Positions 54,960 through 57,163 of a stretch of DNA of 57,163 bases are shown here, piece by piece (position 1 is the first letter of the stretch; every line of letters starts with the position of its first letter). The notes beneath the pieces are model-generated. The model saw only the letters and a list, made by a program, of their open reading frames with translations, ran no database searches and was not told where the DNA came from. The DNA lies in assembly GCA_015065695.1 (NCBI GenBank), contig SVPT01000001.1, forward strand, positions 1-57,163, read 5' to 3'. Source of the DNA: Oscillospiraceae bacterium. Its GTDB lineage: Bacteria > Bacillota > Clostridia > Oscillospirales > Acutalibacteraceae. The position numbers were made by a program, and so were the translations under genes.

Positions 54960-55730
54960 ATGTTTGAAAAGAAAGATTTCCCCATACTGGAATACGACAC
55001 CGACCGAAAGGGCAAGATTGAGCCCTCCTACTTGGTAAACGGCAACGATGTGCCCGAATGCTGCGTCATCACCTTCTTCGGTGACATCATCGAGCAACTT
55101 CGTCAGGAGGGGCGGCTGGAGCAGATAAACACCTTCTACTGCTGCACTGTCCATCTGCCCATATGGGTCATTGAGCAGGACGGTCAGCGTGTTGGGCTGG
55201 TACAGGGCTTCCTCGGCGCGGCGGGGTGCGCCGGACTGCTTGAGGAGCTTATCGCAATGGGCTTCAAGAGATTCATCGTCTGTGGCGCGGCGGGTGTGCT
55301 GCAGCGGGGTATTCAGGTGGGGCATCTGGTAGTGCCCGCCTCTGCCGTCCGTGACGAGGGCACCTCCTACCACTACGCGCCCCCCTCCCGTGAGATGGAA
55401 TGCAATGCCCACGCACTGGAGAGCATCTGCGGTTTTCTGGGGGAAAAGGACATTCCCTATATCCGTGCCAAGACATGGACGACCGATGCTTTCTACCGCG
55501 AGACGGAGGCAAAGGTGGCACTACGTGTGGAGGAGGGCTGTGTAACGGTGGAGATGGAGGCAGCGGCACTTTTCGCTGTGTCGGCATTCCGTGGGGTGAC
55601 GCTGGGACAGATACTGTACGGCGGCGATGATTTAAGCGGGGAACAATGGGATTCGCGGTCATGGGCAAGCCGCACCGAAATACAGCGCAATCTGGTTGAG
55701 CTTTCGCTGGAAGCGGTGCTGCGGCTGTAA
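54960..55730 (+). CDS. nucleoside phosphorylase (PNP/UDP family)
   Basis: GFLGAAGCAGLLEELIAMGFKRFIVCGAAGVL and the conserved VEMEAAALFAV block. Confidence 0.75.
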   Translation: MFEKKDFPILEYDTDRKGKIEPSYLVNGNDVPECCVITFFGDIIEQLRQEGRLEQINTFYCCTVHLPIWVIEQDGQRVGLVQGFLGAAGCAGLLEELIAMGFKRFIVCGAAGVLQRGIQVGHLVVPASAVRDEGTSYHYAPPSREMECNAHALESICGFLGEKDIPYIRAKTWTTDAFYRETEAKVALRVEEGCVTVEMEAAALFAVSAFRGVTLGQILYGGDDLSGEQWDSRSWASRTEIQRNLVELSLEAVLRL

Positions 55731-56070
55731 AGTTCTCCGACAAAAAACAAGAAAAGCTTTAATCGACTTTTCTCGAAAAGTCGCGGGGTGCAGGGGCAGA
55801 GCCCCTGCGAAGCTAACCCCAAGCACCCAACCAAAGACAAGCCTCCCCTCGCGCCCGCAGAAACATCAGTAAGGTGCGCCAAAAGAAGAAAGCAGCACTC
55901 AACCAAGTCCGAGCAAATAAGGGCGCGACGGTACAACGTAGCGTTCCTTGCTTTTGCCGCAGGCAAAAGCGAGCAGCGGGAGATTTCCAAAAGCCCTGTG
56001 CGGGGTTTGCGCATATGTCTTGCTTGTGTTCAAATGGTCAGTTGCATAGGCTTGAGCGCCCACCCGCCCG

Positions 56071-57010
56071 CCCCTTTACGCTTGCGCGATTATCATTACG
56101 CTTGAAACCTTAAAGCTTCTGCGCCTGTGGAACATGGTTGTTGAGTGTGAACAAGGGGAGTTTGCCCTTTTTTCGCTTGCGCCTCTGTTTTGCGCCCGCA
56201 AAACGAATCACAGTGCGGGCGACCGATGGTCGCCCCTACGTTGAGAGCTGACGCTTCTGCGAGTGTCTGAAAGTTGCGGCAGTCCCCCAATAATGGGTGT
56301 CTGCGCCCCTTTACGCTTGCGCGAATGTCTTTACGCTTGAAAACCCAACTCTTCTGCGGCTGCGGAACATGGTTGTTGAATGAGAACAAGGGGAGTTTGC
56401 CCTTTTTTCGCTTGCGCCTCTGTTTTGCGCCCGCAAAATGAAGCACAGTGCGGGCGACCGATGGTCGCCCCTACGTTGAGAGCTGACGCTTCTGCGAGGG
56501 TCTGAAAGTTGCGGCAGTCCCCCAATAATGGGTGTCTGCGCCCCTTTACGCTTGCGCGAATGTCTTTACGCTTGAAACCTTAAAGCTTCTGCGGCTGCGG
56601 AACATGGTTGTTGAGTGAGAACAAGGGGAATTTGCCCTTTTTACGCTTGCGCCTCTGTTTTTGCGCCCGCAAAATGAATCACAGTGCGTGCGACCGATGG
56701 TCGCCCCTACGTTGAGAGCTGACGCTTCTGCGAGGGTCTGAAAGTTGCGGCAGTCCCCCAATAACGGGTGTCTGCGCCCCTTTACGCTTGCGCGAATGTC
56801 TTTACGCTTGAAAACCCAACTCTTCTGCGGCTGCGGAACATGGTTGTTGAATGAGAACAAGGGGAATTTGCCCTTTTTACGCTTGCGCCTCTGTTTTGCG
56901 CCCGCAAAACGAATCACAGTGCGGGCGACCGATGGTCGCCCCTACGTTGAAAATTGAAGCTTCTGCGATGGTTTTGAAGTTGCGGAAGACCCTCAGATAT
57001 GGGTGTTTGC
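56071..57010. repeat. tandem repeat, 4 units of ~235 bp with alternating subtypes
   Basis: Units start with CCCCTTTACGCTTGCGCG at 56071, 56306, 56541 and 56777. Each contains the hairpin GGGCGACC-GAT-GGTCGCCC. Units 1 and 3 read GAAACCTTAAAGCTTCTGC; units 2 and 4 read GAAAACCCAACTCTTCTGC. Confidence 0.9.
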
Positions 57011-57163
57011 CCCCCTTTTCGCCTGTCTGACGGCAAGCCGTAGGGGCGGCCATTGTGTCAAGAGCAACATGGTTTACACTTTGTGCAATAACATGGTTTA
57101 CACATTAATTCTTGGATCGCCCGATAGCAGATAAGCTCTTTTTAGAGTATAAACACGGTTTTC

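Noticed and set aside
56096-56917. Minus-strand ORFs of 116, 64 and 123 aa in the tandem repeat
   Set aside because: Their sequences are repeat translations of one another (for example ...GDCRNFQTLAEASALNVGATIGRPHC...), are basic and odd in composition, and lack RBSs. They are treated as non-coding repeat DNA pending evidence.

Overview
The window looks like a high-GC Firmicute (Clostridia; possibly Oscillospiraceae/Ruminococcaceae, judged only from gene content and sequence style, not verifiable here). It has three parts.

(1) Positions 1-16.4 kb are mostly housekeeping. The minus strand carries a partial EF-G-family GTPase, a phospholipase-C-like protein, a TIR-like protein, recX-recA, prmC, a DUF1385 protein, a CAP-domain protein, an orphan OmpR-type response regulator and lipoproteins. 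rplM-rpsI follow on the plus strand.

(2) Positions 16.4-52.7 kb are a mosaic accessory region with these elements:
- an AT-richer insert (hydrolase, CPBP protease, HTH-TM regulator);
- a family of BspA-type LRR genes, one carrying two TIR domains, each preceded by the same hairpin-promoter cassette;
- an orphan cas6 plus a 6-repeat CRISPR array with no other cas genes;
- a divergently transcribed ~15.4-kb co-directional gene block (26.1-41.5 kb), probably two transcription units. It combines five unknown genes, an OmpA-like lipoprotein, an FHA protein, a private SEDS/bPBP pair, a TM-less LRR-fused Ser/Thr kinase, a PP2C phosphatase and a second, frameshifted PP2C-like gene, then a ClpP paralogue and a TM-less VirD4/TraG-like ATPase;
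- a Sel1-repeat protein and a toxin-less cluster of immunity-like genes (SUFU-like and others).

(3) Positions 52.8-57.2 kb hold putP with an odd acidic tail, a nucleoside phosphorylase, and a ~235-bp tandem repeat with alternating subtypes.

The best candidate for an undescribed system is the 26.1-41.5 kb block together with the adjacent orphan cas6-CRISPR-HTH unit and the TIR-LRR genes that bracket them. No integrase, transposase, relaxase, rRNA or tRNA was seen. All functional calls rest on motif recognition by eye; no database search was possible.
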